A DNA stretch of 64,000 nucleotides from an uncultured Desulfosarcina sp. (GTDB lineage Bacteria > Desulfobacterota > Desulfobacteria > Desulfobacterales > Desulfosarcinaceae), in NCBI GenBank assembly GCA_963674945.2, contig CAXXWQ010000004.1, forward strand, positions 2,304,001 to 2,368,000, read 5' to 3'. The notes below the pieces were generated by a model. That model was not told the origin of the DNA and ran no database searches. It was given only the letters and a program-made list of their open reading frames with translations. The stretch's first letter is position 1. Each line of letters opens with the position of its first letter. Both the position numbers and the translations under genes were made by a program. This document shows positions 61,402 to 64,000 of the stretch, piece after piece.

Positions 61402-61598
61402 GCGCCGCACCTAGCTTGGGTTGACAAAAAAGCCGCAACCATTTACAAAATGATCGAAAGAAAGATCTGACTTGCCCCGCCAATGGATGTTTGGGAAAAA
61501 AAATACCATTCAACGTCCAGACAGTTCAAAATCCGAAACTCAAATTTCTTATATAATTACAGACGTTTTTGTCATGCTGGGAAAATAATCGGATGCGG

Positions 61599-61614
61599 GT
61601 TCAAAATTTTGAAC
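61599..61614. promoter_or_regulatory. Perfect 16-bp palindrome (candidate UAS)
   Basis: GTTCAAAATTTTGAAC; degenerate partner GTTCAAAATCCGAAAC at 61524. Confidence 0.5.
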
Positions 61615-61824
61615 TCTGGTAAAAAATCATATTTATCTAAATTTAACAGATGGTTATTTTGTTTTCGGGAAATTATGGATTCACAATCGTGAACTTTTTT
61701 TCATGATTGCCCGTACGCGTCCACGAGACACATGGCGTCGGCCCCCATCCAATTATCTCTTATCCACCTTGATTCATTAGATATATTCTCGAATATCCTA
61801 ATTTCAACGAAAGTACGGCGCCGT

Positions 61825-61840
61825 TGGCAAGATATTTGCT
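61825..61840 (+). promoter_or_regulatory. sigma54-type promoter upstream of ppdK
   Basis: TGGCAA-GATAT-TTGCT, one mismatch from consensus. Confidence 0.65.
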
Positions 61841-62230
61841 TTTTAATCTGGTAACCTAATAATTTTTCATCTGTTCTCCTCCTTAACGGTTAATCGGCGT
61901 CATCCCGATTGACCGTTTCCTTTTTGCCCAACCGTAAATGAAATTGCAAATTTTTTCCCGGCACGATAAATTGACCGTGTCAGTACATGGAGCGATCCAT
62001 TCTCTTTCCTTGTGCGTCTCCAATGCTGTTCCATAACCTGTGATCCAGTGAATCGTAAGGATGGCTCCATCGATAAGGGGCAGACTGCGTTTCTCGTTCC
62101 ATTGCTCCTTTTTTCCAAAAACCCCATAGATCATGCGCAAAAACCGTTCGGTGTATTCTTGTCCCGCACCATCGGTAAATTGATGAACTCTTAAAAGACG
62201 GATTTGCTGCAATTGAACAGGAGGTTTTTT

Positions 62231-64000
62231 ATGCAAAATAAAAAGTGGGTATTTGCCTTCGACGATTTCGATGCCGTAACAGAATGCGTGGGAGACGATC
62301 GAGATGCCATCCGGACCCTGCTGGGTGGAAAAGGCGCCAACCTGGCTGAAATGGTTCGCATCGGCCTTCCCGTTCCCCATGGATTCACCATCTCTACCCA
62401 GGCATGCAATGCCTATCTCAAATCCGGTGGAACCCTGCAGGAAGGCATGTGGGACCAGGTATTGGCCGCCTTGCAAAAAGTCGAAGAGGAAACGGGAAAA
62501 ACTTTTGGCAATGGTGACAACCCGCTTTTGCTCTCATGCCGTTCCGGTGCAAAGTTATCCATGCCGGGCATGATGGACACGGTGCTCAACATCGGCCTCA
62601 ATGAACAGACGGTGTCTGCGATGATCCGCCTGACCGATGATCCCCGGTTCGTCTATGATGCGTATCGACGCCTGATCCATATGTTCGGTGCGGTGGTCAT
62701 GGGCATCGCCGACGAACCCTTCGAAGCGATTCTCACCAAGACCCGCCAGGCCGCCGGTGTGGAAAACGATACCGACCTGTCGGCCGATCACTGGCGGCAG
62801 GTAGTGGAACGGTTCAAGGTTCTGTATCGTCATCATACCACGCACACTTTTCCGGAAGACCCGTATAAGCAATTGAAGATGGCAACCGAGGCGGTATTCA
62901 AAAGCTGGAACGGAAAGAGGGCGGTGGATTACCGCAACGCCGCCGGCATTCCCCACGACCTGGGAACGGCCGTGAATATCGTGAGCATGGTATTCGGCAA
63001 CATGGGCGATGACTGTGCAACGGGAGTCGCCATGACCCGCAACAGTTCGACGGGCGAGCCCCACATCGAAGGGGACTACCTCACAAACGCCCAGGGCGAG
63101 GATGTGGTGGCCGGTATTCGCATGACCCGGGACATTTCCCAGTTGGAACAAGAGATGCCGGTGGTCTACGCCGAATTTAAACGCATCGCCGGTTTGCTGG
63201 AGGCGCACTACAAGGATATGCAGGACATGGAGTTCACCATCGAAAAGGGCAAGCTGTGGATGCTCCAGACCCGGGACGGAAAACGATCGGCCCAGGCGGC
63301 GGTTCGCATTGCCGTTGACTTGACCGAAGAGGGCCGGATCGATCGGAAAACGGCGGTGCTCCGGGTGAAACCCGAACAGGTTGACTTTTTCCTGCATCCC
63401 CAATTCAATGCCGCAACCGCGGCGAATGCACGGATTCTGGCATGGGGTCTCAACGTCTCACCCGGCGCCGCCGTCGGCCAGGTGGCATTTGATGCCAACA
63501 TGGCCGAAGCCTGGGCAAAAAACGAAGGGAAATCGGTGATCATGGTCCGGCCGGAAACCAAACCCGACGATGTCCACGGAATGCTGGCCGCCCAGGGAAT
63601 TCTTACCAGCAGGGGGGGCAGGACCAGCCACGCGGCACTGGTGGCCCGGCAATTCGGAAAGCCGGCGGTGGTCGGGGCATCCGCCATACGCATCGACCTG
63701 ACCAACCGGCTGATGACCATCGGTGATCGGGAGATCCACGAAGGAGAGTGGATCTCCATCGACGGCACCACCGGCAAAGTGTTCGACGGCAAGCTGGAAA
63801 CCATGGTGCCGGATATCCAGGATCCATATTTGATCAAACTTCTCTCCTGGGCCGACGAGTTCAGGAGACTCGGCGTCTGGGCCAATGCCGATTACCCCCA
63901 GGATGCGCGTCGGGCCCTGGAATACGGCGCCCAGGGCATCGGGTTGTGCCGATCCGAGCACATGTTTTTCGAAACCGATCGCCTCCCCCACTTCCAGCGA
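62231..64000 (+). CDS. ppdK: Pyruvate phosphate dikinase (runs off the window end)
   Basis: Hand translation: LLGGKGANLAEM, GLPVPHGFTI, RSGAKLSMPGMMDTVLNIG, AQGEDVVAG, phospho-His loop GGRTSHAALVAR, GIGLCRSEHMFF; RBS AGGAGG. Confidence 0.96.
   Translation, partial: MQNKKWVFAFDDFDAVTECVGDDRDAIRTLLGGKGANLAEMVRIGLPVPHGFTISTQACNAYLKSGGTLQEGMWDQVLAALQKVEEETGKTFGNGDNPLLLSCRSGAKLSMPGMMDTVLNIGLNEQTVSAMIRLTDDPRFVYDAYRRLIHMFGAVVMGIADEPFEAILTKTRQAAGVENDTDLSADHWRQVVERFKVLYRHHTTHTFPEDPYKQLKMATEAVFKSWNGKRAVDYRNAAGIPHDLGTAVNIVSMVFGNMGDDCATGVAMTRNSSTGEPHIEGDYLTNAQGEDVVAGIRMTRDISQLEQEMPVVYAEFKRIAGLLEAHYKDMQDMEFTIEKGKLWMLQTRDGKRSAQAAVRIAVDLTEEGRIDRKTAVLRVKPEQVDFFLHPQFNAATAANARILAWGLNVSPGAAVGQVAFDANMAEAWAKNEGKSVIMVRPETKPDDVHGMLAAQGILTSRGGRTSHAALVARQFGKPAVVGASAIRIDLTNRLMTIGDREIHEGEWISIDGTTGKVFDGKLETMVPDIQDPYLIKLLSWADEFRRLGVWANADYPQDARRALEYGAQGIGLCRSEHMFFETDRLPHFQR

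Noticed and set aside
61684..61709. Palindrome as a Rex or CRP site
   Set aside because: Half-site spacing is 2 nt longer than either consensus; kept only as an unassigned palindrome.

Overview
Core-genome window from a bacterium that, by gene content and style, resembles a Desulfobacterota (Desulfobacterales-like) sulfate reducer; this taxonomy is inference. I saw no rRNA, tRNA, CRISPR array, prophage or transposase. Layout: (1) 1-8772: a divergent locus. Leftward is a Lon-type AAA+ protease missed by the ORF track; it lacks the N-terminal domain and has an intact response-regulator receiver domain inserted just before Walker A. Rightward is a putative sigma54 operon: small protein, two USP-like proteins, a 26-aa membrane peptide, SLC13 permease, cytidylate-kinase-like protein, histidine kinase and NtrC-family activator. 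(2) MCP, membrane protein, RND pump and PsrA-like TetR with a candidate operator. (3) mce plus an aminotransferase homolog whose PLP-binding residues are replaced, divergent from (4) a ~19 kb nitrogen cluster: glnK-amtB, glnD-amtB-glnB-glnA, convergent gltB-gltD-lysA, and ptsP, with two consensus sigma54 promoters and a recurring ATTAC-N6-GTAAT motif. (5) Housekeeping genes: MscS, gabD, cysteine desulfurase, ettA, deaminase, YihY, LysE, HD protein, rdgB, GTP-PEPCK, ampG, a two-component pair, dodecin, htpG and truncated ppdK. About nine copies of a structured MITE/REP-like repeat family and an unannotated 54-aa RRSGx[DE]RR-repeat protein are interspersed. Best candidates for new biology: the receiver-containing Lon and its kinase operon, the apparently inactive aminotransferase beside the nitrogen cluster, the nitrogen operator motif and the repeat family.
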